NCBI GenBank assembly: GCA_965238175.1
Contig: CBDEGZ010000003.1
Location: 396,357-460,356, forward strand
From: Gammaproteobacteria bacterium
GTDB lineage: Bacteria > Pseudomonadota > Gammaproteobacteria > CAJXQU01
DNA: 64,000 bases
Direction of reading: 5' to 3'
Shown: positions 10,346-20,900 of the stretch, piece by piece
Layout: every line of letters starts with the position of its first letter
How positions within the stretch are numbered: the first letter of the stretch is position 1
The notes under the pieces: generated by a model
What the model was told of the DNA's origin: nothing
Seen by the model: the letters and a program-made list of their open reading frames with translations, nothing else
Databases searched by the model: none
Program-made: the position numbers and the translations under genes

Positions 10346-11178
10346 GATTTTAAACCTGTATTAGTATTTCTATATGACATGATCGCTACTTTGATAGCAC
10401 GTTCAATTGCGACAATATGAGACTCATTTTTTGTTGCTAACATCTCGATGCTGATAATATGGTTCGGTAAAGATTTCAGTAAGAATTCTGCATTTGTAGC
10501 ATGATCACAACCACCATCACCTAGAGGCAATAGATCTGGTTCGCTGGCATGTATATGCCCAATCAGAGAAGAATAGTCTTTCAGTATATCCTCGGCGTTT
10601 TCACCATTGATGGTAAGTGCTCCAGTATCGTACTGCATTTTGATCGAGGGGTGATCAATTTGACGAACCATATAAGCCGTTTCTGCGCCGGTTGTCATAA
10701 AGTTTGCACCGTAACACTCAGGGTTGGGTTCTAGACAAAGGATAACTCCATATGAAAGTGCAATATCACCGAGCTTACGGAAGAAATTACTAGCCATTTC
10801 ATTAGCTTCATTCTCACCTAACGATCCTTTATCTCTATTTTTAGGGGAACCAAAAACCAGTCGAGTGGCATTAAGTCCAGCACCGATCCGACATATTGAT
10901 TCTAGATGCTGCAACATTGCTTTCTGGCTTTTATCAGCCCCAAATACATTTAATCCTGATGTACCGAAAAGTAATGCCTGCATACCGGTAATTTCGATGC
11001 CCCGATCATCCCACCACTGGCGAACTTGGGCTATCTCTTGATCAGTTGCATGTGTCGGATCAGAAAAATATTTCCCCGGAGCAATATCGATCGCATCAAT
11101 ATTGTATTGATGAAGTAACTTTACGATAGAGGCATCTTCCGTCGTATCCCAGGCAATATTCGATATCGCCAACCTCAT
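10342..11178 (-). CDS. Sugar-phosphate isomerase/epimerase (xylose-isomerase-like TIM barrel)
   Basis: 278 aa with MRLAISNIAWDT... and conserved His/Glu/Asp positions typical of the AP-endonuclease-2/XI TIM-barrel family. It overlaps its neighbours by 4 nt on each side. Confidence 0.6.
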   Translation of the reverse strand: MRLAISNIAWDTTEDASIVKLLHQYNIDAIDIAPGKYFSDPTHATDQEIAQVRQWWDDRGIEITGMQALLFGTSGLNVFGADKSQKAMLQHLESICRIGAGLNATRLVFGSPKNRDKGSLGENEANEMASNFFRKLGDIALSYGVILCLEPNPECYGANFMTTGAETAYMVRQIDHPSIKMQYDTGALTINGENAEDILKDYSSLIGHIHASEPDLLPLGDGGCDHATNAEFLLKSLPNHIISIEMLATKNESHIVAIERAIKVAIMSYRNTNTGLKS

Positions 11179-11969
11179 TTTATTTCGCCCATTTTCGATT
11201 TAGCCGTAACAGGTTCAGATTGTGCGTAAGCACGAATAGCCTGAATAGTGTCAGATCTGGAATATTGATAGTGACCTGAAACCCCGAAAAGATTTGCATA
11301 TTGTGTGCGGAAATCATACACGGCTGGACTTCTGGACAAAACATGATCGAATGACTTACCAAACCCCGACATTGATGCATCTCTTACACTAATTGGCTCC
11401 GCTGTCAGGTGGATAAGCTTTAGCCCAGCGACAAGGCAGGTTTTGATGTCAAACCATAAATTAACCATAGGATAAAACTGGAAAACGCCACGACTATCAA
11501 TGGCATCAAGATTGTTATTATTCAAAAAATCATAGATAACATTTTTGAGCAAACCCGGACCGACAAGACCAGGTAGACGAACAATCAAACATTCAGGGAA
11601 GTGACTTTCAACAAACTTTTCCAACCTTCTCCTGTTCAGACCATAAGCTTGCAGGCCATCTTCATTTACCACAACAGTTTCATCTACTTCTAATACATCT
11701 TTATACACATCCACCGTGCTGATCAAAATAAACGTTTTACACCGGACAGTTTTCAGACGGGCGATTAAGCTTTCAATATTTTCAGAATCTTCTTTAGGAT
11801 TTTTATTCGCAATCCATTTTTTTGCAGACGCACCCGCACAAACAATAGTGTCGAATGTTTGCCCTTCAATCTCACGAATATTCGTTGAGCGATAGAGTGA
11901 TGTAAACGTTGTTTGTTTTAGTAGTGTGCTACCGACAAACCCGGTGTGCCCAATTAATGCTTTTTTCAC
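11175..11969 (-). CDS. NAD(P)-dependent epimerase/dehydratase (short SDR)
   Basis: 264 aa with an N-terminal Rossmann GHTGFVGSTLL motif. It is stop/start-overlapped with the TIM-barrel gene. Confidence 0.6.
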   Translation of the reverse strand: MKKALIGHTGFVGSTLLKQTTFTSLYRSTNIREIEGQTFDTIVCAGASAKKWIANKNPKEDSENIESLIARLKTVRCKTFILISTVDVYKDVLEVDETVVVNEDGLQAYGLNRRRLEKFVESHFPECLIVRLPGLVGPGLLKNVIYDFLNNNNLDAIDSRGVFQFYPMVNLWFDIKTCLVAGLKLIHLTAEPISVRDASMSGFGKSFDHVLSRSPAVYDFRTQYANLFGVSGHYQYSRSDTIQAIRAYAQSEPVTAKSKMGEIK

Positions 11970-12011
11970 AAAACTTCCTCAATCACACTACAATTGAAAG
12001 TGTTTTTAATC

Positions 12012-13136
12012 TTATACAAAGCTTTCAGCATCGAGTCTCTCAAATACATCATAAATATTATCAATTTTACCACCGAGGATAGAATAACAGTTTGGTAGTT
12101 CCGGATGTTTTTCATACAAAATTGGCCTACCATCATCCACCTCATTTTTCACCAAAACAGTTTTGATCTCAAACAACGACTCGACATAGTTTGCTTCTGA
12201 AATAGCCAAAAGATATCTTGCAGTATCACGTAACATACGATCTACTCGGCTTAAGCGCTCGTAATGGTTCATTTTTGTATAAGGATTATTATCAGACTCA
12301 TCACTCCAATCTAGATGCGGTGTATACCGTACATGTGAGAGCGTGTGTAACCCGCGTGAAGGAAATGGCATCATTGAAAAAAATGGTCCATCCATTACAG
12401 TAATTCCTAAACCTTCAAGGGAAGGGGGCATCTTTAAAAGCGCCATCTCTGTGATCTCATGTTTAAGCTGTGTAGCAGTCCCAGGATAATCTCCCGACAA
12501 CTGGTTTAACCCACTGTATGTACAATTAAAAACATAATCGCCAAATATAGATTCTTCTTTCTTGTGTTTAGTTTCAACGACGACATTGAGTCCTTTAGAT
12601 CCTTTTAAAATATTGGTTACTCGGGTGTCAAAACAAACTTTTACGCCATACTTTTTCAGTTCTTTTTGCACACTCTCAGCAAGCTTTTTCGAATCGAAAA
12701 CATATTCTTTAACTAAATAAGCACTTTCGATCAGACGCGGTTCAAATAATGAAAAAACATTTGAGCCAGCAGTCTCTATTTCCGCACCAATTTCATCACA
12801 AAACCGCTCAAATTGAGTAGCGGTAACCTTGGAATTCTTACGTGCAATAGCGTATATATTCTCGAAATCTTGTCTGATTACCTCAGGCCAATCTTGTATA
12901 AATCGCGAAAGATTTATTCTACTTCGACTCGCTGTCGTTAAACTGCGTGGATAGTGATAGCCATTATGTACCCGAGCCTGATTATTATACGAAGCTCGCG
13001 TCATCAAAGCAGATTCCTGCTCAACTACCAGTATATTTTTAAGCCCCCGATACTTGGCAAGATAAATAGCAATAAGCGAACCGTAAACCCCTCCCCCAAT
13101 AATCACCGCTTGCTGGGTTAAATCATGATCAAGCAT
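12012..13136 (-). CDS. FAD-dependent oxidoreductase (DAO/GR2-like)
   Basis: 374 aa with an N-terminal dinucleotide-binding motif VIIGGGVYGSLIAIYLAK. Confidence 0.65.
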   Translation of the reverse strand: MLDHDLTQQAVIIGGGVYGSLIAIYLAKYRGLKNILVVEQESALMTRASYNNQARVHNGYHYPRSLTTASRSRINLSRFIQDWPEVIRQDFENIYAIARKNSKVTATQFERFCDEIGAEIETAGSNVFSLFEPRLIESAYLVKEYVFDSKKLAESVQKELKKYGVKVCFDTRVTNILKGSKGLNVVVETKHKKEESIFGDYVFNCTYSGLNQLSGDYPGTATQLKHEITEMALLKMPPSLEGLGITVMDGPFFSMMPFPSRGLHTLSHVRYTPHLDWSDESDNNPYTKMNHYERLSRVDRMLRDTARYLLAISEANYVESLFEIKTVLVKNEVDDGRPILYEKHPELPNCYSILGGKIDNIYDVFERLDAESFV

Positions 13137-14161
13137 TAGGGCTCAGGTTTTACGTAACTTTCGGTATTCCCAGAATTGTTTAACACCCCTTCTTCGATAT
13201 TCAGTTTCTCATGACGGGTAATAAGAGCACTGGAGAACTCCTGTGCAACATGATATTTGGGACCTTCGTTGGTAAGGCTTGCCATATGAAGAATATATTC
13301 ACCGAGAATAAGGAGTACAATAGATATCAGGAAAAACATCCCTGATTGCTGAAGAGATAAACTAACCCATCCCGCTGCCACATCATCTTTTAGCAAAGCA
13401 ATAGCGAGAATATAGACTGAATAAATCAAGTTTGCCGCTGCTCCAAATAAAGACAGCGTTGTGACAAGACGCATTGGCGTATGAGTCGTTGAAACTAATA
13501 AACGGATCCCCTGATCAAGACTCGTTCTTAAATGTTTTTTCCTGGCAAACGTAGGAACACTGCTGTATTTCAGATTAACGCGTGAAAACCCACCTGTTGC
13601 AGGGAGGTGTCGATATGTTATTGCTGGCTGTGGATGTTGCAAAATGAAGTTGACAACGTTCTTACTCAGCACTCGATAGGGTGGAGCTTCTTCAGCTAAA
13701 CGAATATCGTTAAACCATTTATAAAGCCGATTGAAAATAGAATTTGCATATCGATAAGAACGACTCGAAGCAACTTTTTGATCATTACTTGCAAAAACTA
13801 CATCGATACCATTTGTCGCCTTCTCCAGCATTACTGGTAGAAACTCAAGACCCTCCGTAAAGGGATCTATTGCAACAACAAAATCTCCCAGTGAGTTTTC
13901 AAGCCCTAATGAAGACGCAGTATCTTTATCGACCTCTTTGGTCAATGCATAGACTTGCAGATTAGGAAGACCATTTTCACCTGCCAGACTTTTCAGAATT
14001 GAAATACTATCGTCTTCAGATGCGTTATCAACAATAATCAATTCATAATCGCTAACCAGATCAGCAAGAAAACCGGTTGTCTCTTTAAGTAAGTTTTCGA
14101 CAAGTTCAGATTGATTTCTTAATACAACAATGACTGAAAGAAACACTGGGAAAAAGGGCAC
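13136..14161 (-). CDS. Family-2 glycosyltransferase with C-terminal TM helices (polyprenyl-phosphate sugar synthase-like, ArnC/DPM1 type)
   Basis: 341 aa with GT-A motifs (IIVDNASEDDS) followed by two C-terminal TM segments (LSLFGAAANLIYSVYILAI...MFFLISIVLLILGEYIL). This architecture is typical of lipid-carrier glycosyltransferases. Confidence 0.7.
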   Translation of the reverse strand: MPFFPVFLSVIVVLRNQSELVENLLKETTGFLADLVSDYELIIVDNASEDDSISILKSLAGENGLPNLQVYALTKEVDKDTASSLGLENSLGDFVVAIDPFTEGLEFLPVMLEKATNGIDVVFASNDQKVASSRSYRYANSIFNRLYKWFNDIRLAEEAPPYRVLSKNVVNFILQHPQPAITYRHLPATGGFSRVNLKYSSVPTFARKKHLRTSLDQGIRLLVSTTHTPMRLVTTLSLFGAAANLIYSVYILAIALLKDDVAAGWVSLSLQQSGMFFLISIVLLILGEYILHMASLTNEGPKYHVAQEFSSALITRHEKLNIEEGVLNNSGNTESYVKPEP

Positions 14162-14315
14162 TTAAATACTCTCACGTCTCGCACCAAATACTGAGGTACA
14201 AGCAGAAGTTATGAATGAAGAGTTAGTATAATTTGAACACCCAAATAAGTCACCTGTAAACTGTTTAGACTCTGTGTTTTAGAACTTTTTGTCTAAAACT
14301 TATAAAACCATCCAA

Positions 14316-14352
14316 AATAAAAAGCCCCGCTGTCAGAAACAAACGGGGCCTT
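14316..14352 (-). terminator. Rho-independent terminator of groESL
   Basis: On the minus strand: GGCCCCG-loop-CGGGGC followed by TTTTTATTTT. Confidence 0.6.
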
Positions 14353-14414
14353 CAGGTTCTAAAGAATATCCTTAATTAAAAGATATTTCTTCAAACAAAC
14401 AACATAAATGTAGA

Positions 14415-16082
<1,668 letters not shown>

Positions 16083-16104
16083 TTAAATTCGATTTTAGTT
16101 CTGA

Positions 16105-16392
16105 TTATTCGATAACGCCCATGATGTCATCTTCGCGCATGACAACCACTTCTTCACCATCAATTTTAATCTCAGTTCCAGAATATTTACCAAATAGAAC
16201 TGTATCGCCTACTTTCACATCAAGCGCTTGTATATTGCCTTGATCGTTAGCTTTACCAGAACCAGCAGCGATTACTTCGCCACGCATTGGTTTTTCAGTT
16301 GCAGAATCAGGGAGAACAATCCCGCCTGCACTTGTAGTTTCTTCTTCCATACGGCGTACAACAACGCGGTCATGTAATGGACGGATTTTCAT
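16105..16392 (-). CDS. groES: Co-chaperonin GroES
   Basis: 95 aa matching the GroES consensus [14 protein letters not shown]... Confidence 0.97.
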   Translation of the reverse strand: MKIRPLHDRVVVRRMEEETTSAGGIVLPDSATEKPMRGEVIAAGSGKANDQGNIQALDVKVGDTVLFGKYSGTEIKIDGEEVVVMREDDIMGVIE

Positions 16393-16480
16393 CTTTTAAG
16401 GTCTCCTAAAAACAGATAAAAGTTAAACAAACAGATTAAATTAGTAGCACTCTATCGAGGTGGTTGCTAATTATAGGTTT

Positions 16481-16510
16481 GCATATGGGGCTGTCAAGAT
16501 AAACTTCAAG
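16481..16510 (-). promoter_or_regulatory. Sigma-32 heat-shock promoter of groESL
   Basis: Minus strand reads CTTGAA-N14-CCCCATAT, matching the sigma-32 consensus CTTGAA / CCCCATnT. It lies about 90 nt upstream of the groES start. Confidence 0.6.
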
Positions 16511-16542
16511 TACAATTGGTCAATTAAAATAGAATTCCTTCA

Positions 16543-17022
16543 AAACCAGAGCTTTCAGGTGGATAAAATAAGATCACTTAGCCGTACCTTCATCAAAAGA
16601 AGTGAAAAACTTGCGCCTATCAATCTGCCACTTTCGCCACGCGAAAAAAGAGCCAAAGCAAAGAAAGCCTTGAAACGTCTGAGAACCATCGGCCACATCC
16701 TGCTCCGTGAACTCAGACACAAGCTCCCCAGTCACTGCCTTTCGAGTGCCATCAAAAAACCTTTTATGCTATGAGCGAGTACTGGCACAACAGCCCAAAG
16801 ATAAAAACAAAACCTACTCACTACATGACAACCATACTTTACCTGACGTATTCATGCATATCGAAACGTCACGGGCAAAGCCGTCCACAACCGTTTGCGT
16901 TCGAGACTATCGCAGCCATCATTGGCTATCTGAAATCAGATTTTCGGATATCAAGAAACTTCCTCAAAGGTATATCAGGCAATGAAATTAATCTGCTAAT
17001 GACAGCACTGTCTGGAACTTGA
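16543..17022 (+). pseudogene. IS5-family transposase remnant (frameshifted, no intact ORF)
   Basis: Three overlapping frame fragments are present. The last ends ...DFRISRNFLKGISGNEINLLMTALS, resembling the IS5/IS903-type C-terminus (…[27 protein letters not shown]). No intact DDE ORF and no clear inverted repeats were found. Confidence 0.4.
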
Positions 17023-17174
17023 AGAAATGGCTAGTCGCCATTTATCTGGCCTTATTTTTGTGGCTTAAAAGGTATGCTATACAGAATCAAAATCAACCCA
17101 GCATCAATGCAACGTTAAATCGAGGTTGCTCAGAGCCAAAGGCTTCTCTGGCAAATATCCATATCGTAAGTTGA

Positions 17175-17327
17175 AACTTTTTCAGAGGCGACTACTTTAG
17201 TGAATTTAATGCATTTTATGATGAGCGTGCACAAGCCTTACCGGATACGCTCCCTGAAATGTTCGAAAACCGCGCATGGAAAGAGGTTGTCGATAAGGCT
17301 GGCGGCGTTAGCATTCAGTACATATAA
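17175..17327 (+). pseudogene. Orphan C-terminal gene fragment (unknown protein)
   Basis: 50-codon stop-to-stop stretch NFFRGDYFSEFNAFYDERAQALPDTLPEMFENRAWKEVVDKAGGVSIQYI* with coding-like composition. It has no start codon or upstream reading frame. Confidence 0.25.
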
Positions 17328-17876
17328 CCAAGAAAGGAAAACAATAAATGTCATTAGAATATATCAATGTTTGTTTTAGAACAGCCGGACTTTAGATTGT
17401 GTTTCAATATTTTTACATATTGAAATTGAACCCGTTTTTTCAATCGGTGAAAAGCTTAATAAAATTAACGAAGAAGCCTATATGAGTGTCAAAGTCCAAA
17501 AACTGGACGCCCTTAGTAAATCGTAAAATTGAGAGTGTAGAAGTGATCTGGCATTGGGTGAGGCCGGTATATTCGAGAAGAAAACGTACTACCCTCAAAA
17601 CGTCTTACTAAAGTTTTCGGGTGAGGCCTCAGTCGTAATATCTACAATGGAAATAACTGATACTTCTCATTGGGGTATGGCTGACAATATTGTGGTATTT
17701 TTCAATGAACAAGTGGCTAGCAAATATAAGGCTTTAAATGCATAACAAAGCTGTCATAGGGACATTTTTTGCTTTGCTGTGTTGGGGGGTGGCTACGCCA
17801 CTTTACCTCAAAACCCCACTACACAAAAATGCCCTATACTGCAGCGTTATGTGATTACGAAAGTGAGTTCCAAGTA

Positions 17877-18317
17877 ATGAAAGGTGTAATATTCGTTGGT
17901 CTGCAAGCCAGTGGTAAGTCCTATTTTTATCTCAGGAAGCTTTATAAAACTCACCTACGCCTTAATATGGATATGCTAAAAACACGGCATAGGGAAAATA
18001 TTCTATTTAATGCATGCTTGGAATCGAAACAACCTGTTGTAATTGATAATACTAACTCTACGAAAAATGAGCGTGAAAAATACATTAGCGGTTTTAAGAA
18101 TCACCGTTTTGAGGTTATAGGGTTTTACTTTGCTTCCAGCTTGTCTGAATGCTTAGAAAGGAATGCATCCAGAAAGGGTAAAGAGAGAATACCAGACGTA
18201 GGTCTGAAAGGAACATACAGTAAGCTGGAATTGCCTACTTATTCTGAAGGTTTTGACAAGTTGTATTATGTATCCATGAAAAATGATGAATTTCTCATAG
18301 AGGAGTGGCAAAGATGA
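17877..18317 (+). CDS. Polynucleotide 5'-hydroxyl kinase (T4 Pnk kinase-domain-like P-loop protein)
   Basis: It has a Walker A motif GLQASGKS. VVIDNTN...ERNASRKGKERIPDVGLKGTY parallels T4 Pnk VIISDTNLN...[20 protein letters not shown]. The listed six-frame ORF begins at 17769, but the P-loop position favours Met at 17877. It overlaps the downstream TLP gene by 13 nt. Confidence 0.7.
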   Translation: MKGVIFVGLQASGKSYFYLRKLYKTHLRLNMDMLKTRHRENILFNACLESKQPVVIDNTNSTKNEREKYISGFKNHRFEVIGFYFASSLSECLERNASRKGKERIPDVGLKGTYSKLELPTYSEGFDKLYYVSMKNDEFLIEEWQR

Positions 18318-19078
18318 AGTTCAAGGAATTAGATAAGAAATTACGAGTTTTTGAAACCGCACATGATCATTGTGTTTTACCTGGCGTGTACATTGTAGCT
18401 AGAATTGACGGAAGATGTTTTACAACTTTAACCAAAGATAAACATCCGTTTGAAGCCCCCTATGACCCTAAGTTCAGAGATATGATGATTGAAACTGTGA
18501 AACATTTAATGCAATGTGGTTTCAAAGTTCTTTATGGATATACTCAAAGCGATGAAATATCACTGCTCTTAGATTTAAATGAGAATACATTCGAAAGAAA
18601 GGAACGAAAGATCAATTCAGTGCTAGCGGGAGAGGCAAGTGCGAAGTTTAGTTTGCTTCTTGGCGATATCGGAGCTTTTGATTGCCGTATTTGTCAACTT
18701 CCGAATAGGCAACTTGTAATCGACTACTTTCGCTGGAGAAACGAAGATGCCCATAGAAACGCCTTAAATTCCCACTGTTATTGGAGCCTTAGGAAGGAGG
18801 GTGTATCTCCAAAAGAGTCAGCTGCTACCTTTACAAAAATGTCTGTGGCGCAGAAAAATGAGTTCCTTTTTCAAAAAGGCACTAATTTTAATGATTTGCC
18901 AAGTTGGCAAAAAAGAGGACTGGGGGTGTATTGGGAGTCTTACGAAAAAGACGGCCTTAACCCAAGTACGAGGGAAAAGGTTAAAACTAATCGTAATCTT
19001 CTTAAGACCAATCTAGATCTCCCTATGAAAGAAAAATATAGCGATTTTATTCGTAACTTCGTGTCTGAACTCGTATAA
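18305..19078 (+). CDS. Thg1-like protein (TLP), tRNA 3'-5' nucleotidyltransferase
   Basis: MAKMKFKELDKK...YIVARIDGRCF...YGYTQSDEISLLL aligns with human and yeast Thg1 (MAKSKFEYV...VVVRLDGRNF...AYGQSDEYSFVF). The metal-binding Asp of RIDG and the SDE carboxylates are present. Confidence 0.85.
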   Translation: MAKMKFKELDKKLRVFETAHDHCVLPGVYIVARIDGRCFTTLTKDKHPFEAPYDPKFRDMMIETVKHLMQCGFKVLYGYTQSDEISLLLDLNENTFERKERKINSVLAGEASAKFSLLLGDIGAFDCRICQLPNRQLVIDYFRWRNEDAHRNALNSHCYWSLRKEGVSPKESAATFTKMSVAQKNEFLFQKGTNFNDLPSWQKRGLGVYWESYEKDGLNPSTREKVKTNRNLLKTNLDLPMKEKYSDFIRNFVSELV

Positions 19079-19231
19079 CAAACGGCTCTACACAAACACC
19101 CAAACCTACGAGGTTTTTGTGGATTTAGCTATGCTACACTTTACCATAAAACCTCTCCGGCTTCGGTGCTGGTAAGCCGAGCGCTAGGCTAAAAATTACT
19201 CATCTATATACATTTAATAAAGAGGATATAA

Positions 19232-20008
19232 GTGAAAACGTTCTTAAAAATACTTGCCGGTATAGGTGCTATAGTGGTAATTGTTATTGTTGCCGTATTA
19301 TTCATGACTTCTGGCATGTCTGACACGGCAGACAAGTTCTTTGAGTCTGTGAAATCTGATAATTATGATGAGGCGTACTCATTATTATCAGAAGACTTTA
19401 AGAACAATACAAGCAAGAGTCAACTTAAAGAATACCTAACTAAAAATGCGCTAACCCATTTTAAAAAAGCAAGTTGGGAAAGTCGATCTACTAATGGAGG
19501 ACGTGGTGAGTTAACAGGCTCTATTATAACTGAATCAGGTGGTGGTGTACCAGTTTCTCTTAGTTTCATTAAAGGCGAAAACGATTGGAAAATATACTCA
19601 ATTAGAAAGCCCACCTCTGGCATACAAGAAGAAACTGAAACTGCACAAATCCCATCCGAAAAAGACCAAGTCAAGCTAGTTAATGAATCTATGCATCTAT
19701 TTGCTGTTTCTGTAAAAGAAAAAAACATGTCTAAGATGTTTGATCATGTTTCAAACCTTTGGCAAAAGCAAATCAGCGTTATCGAATTTGATGAAATATT
19801 CGGCTCATTTTATCAATTTGGTGATGCACTAATGATACTGGATCAACACTCACCACAATTTTCAGAAAAAGGCTCAATCAATGAAGAAGGGGTTTTATTG
19901 CTAAAAGGTTTATACCCCACCAAACCAAGTCAATTATATTTTGAACAAAAATACATCTATGAGGGTTTAGGTTGGAAGTTAATAGGACTCAATGTCAATA
20001 TTAAATAG
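19232..20008 (+). CDS. Membrane-anchored hypothetical protein (N-terminal TM, two tandem NTF2-like/DUF4878-like repeats)
   Basis: 258 aa. An N-terminal TM helix (ILAGIGAIVVIVIVAVLFM) is followed by two similar segments of about 100 aa. An RBS (aaagaggat) precedes the start. Confidence 0.5.
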   Translation: MKTFLKILAGIGAIVVIVIVAVLFMTSGMSDTADKFFESVKSDNYDEAYSLLSEDFKNNTSKSQLKEYLTKNALTHFKKASWESRSTNGGRGELTGSIITESGGGVPVSLSFIKGENDWKIYSIRKPTSGIQEETETAQIPSEKDQVKLVNESMHLFAVSVKEKNMSKMFDHVSNLWQKQISVIEFDEIFGSFYQFGDALMILDQHSPQFSEKGSINEEGVLLLKGLYPTKPSQLYFEQKYIYEGLGWKLIGLNVNIK

Positions 20009-20126
20009 AAAGACTAACAAAAACATTAAGTCGTTTTCTGCACTCACTGGGGTGTTCCGCTCGCATCTCGCTACGCCCCCTTTATGTTGGCGTTACATTA
20101 ATGTTACATTGAATTTAGGTGAAAGA

Positions 20127-20900
20127 ATGAGCAAATACATGCTAGTTATTTTTGCGCTTACGTTTTCCTGCTTTGCTTTTTCTCAAGGTGAGCAAAGCTC
20201 TGCTAAATATGTGACATATGGAGAGCTAATTAACTCTTTAGAAGAAATCGCAAAAAATAGCTTTGAAGATTCTGAAGTTCTTAGACGTGAATTTGTTAAA
20301 TTACAAAAGTCTCATGATGTGTCAAGTAGTGAGAATATTTATCGTAAATTCGTGCGAGTGCGAATGGCTTTCGAGGCCACAAGAGATTCAGGATTATGGC
20401 AATTACGCTGGGCTGTAACGAACAAAGAACCAAATTCCAGTTCAATTTGGAGTCAATGGAATCATCTTTCAAATCCGAAGTATATTGAAGAAAATGATGC
20501 GGAGCCCACTGCTGTGGCGGAATGTGATGAGCTTTCGGCGTTATTTGCCTTCATTTCCAGAGGGTTAGGTGTGAAGAACGTCGGCCTCTTCTGGCCAACT
20601 TGGAACCATACTGTGGCCGTGTGGACGACGGAAAACAAGAACGGTAATCTTGTGCGTATTGTTATCCCTACATCTCAAATATTCATTAGCGAAAATGCAA
20701 CATTGGGCACTAAAGAGTTTGATCCTTATAAACAGAAAAATATTTATGAATATAGCCGTAAGGATATACAGAAAGATCATAAGATCTCAGCGGGGTTGGC
20801 GGAAATGATGATCCGGCAGGTTAAAGAATACGGCGCTAAGCCATCCTCTTATTTGCAAGACCGTAGAAATCGGCTATCTCAACTGTTTGGTGGATCATAA
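20127..20900 (+). CDS. Secreted hypothetical protein, possibly transglutaminase-like (papain-fold) family
   Basis: A signal peptide MSKYMLVIFALTFSCFAFSQ is preceded by an RBS (aggtgaaaga). The Cys context ECDELSALFAFISRGLG and a downstream His (WNHTVAVW) resemble TGc-superfamily catalytic motifs; this is recalled from memory rather than aligned. The listed six-frame ORF starts at 19992. Confidence 0.45.
   Translation: MSKYMLVIFALTFSCFAFSQGEQSSAKYVTYGELINSLEEIAKNSFEDSEVLRREFVKLQKSHDVSSSENIYRKFVRVRMAFEATRDSGLWQLRWAVTNKEPNSSSIWSQWNHLSNPKYIEENDAEPTAVAECDELSALFAFISRGLGVKNVGLFWPTWNHTVAVWTTENKNGNLVRIVIPTSQIFISENATLGTKEFDPYKQKNIYEYSRKDIQKDHKISAGLAEMMIRQVKEYGAKPSSYLQDRRNRLSQLFGGS

Noticed and set aside
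16460-17022. Three overlapping six-frame ORFs (104, 92 and 83 aa) that could be called as separate hypothetical genes
   Set aside because: They lie in three different frames over the same DNA. They overlap the groES sigma-32 promoter, lack RBSs, and together resemble a frameshifted IS5-type transposase. They are better treated as one pseudogene remnant.
17769-17876. Upstream extension of the Pnk-like ORF (MLCCVGGWLRHFTSKPHYTKMPYTAAL…)
   Set aside because: It would place the Walker A motif 40 aa from the N-terminus. The extension also covers the GC-rich hairpin motif and has no RBS. A start at 17877 is more plausible, but this is unverified.
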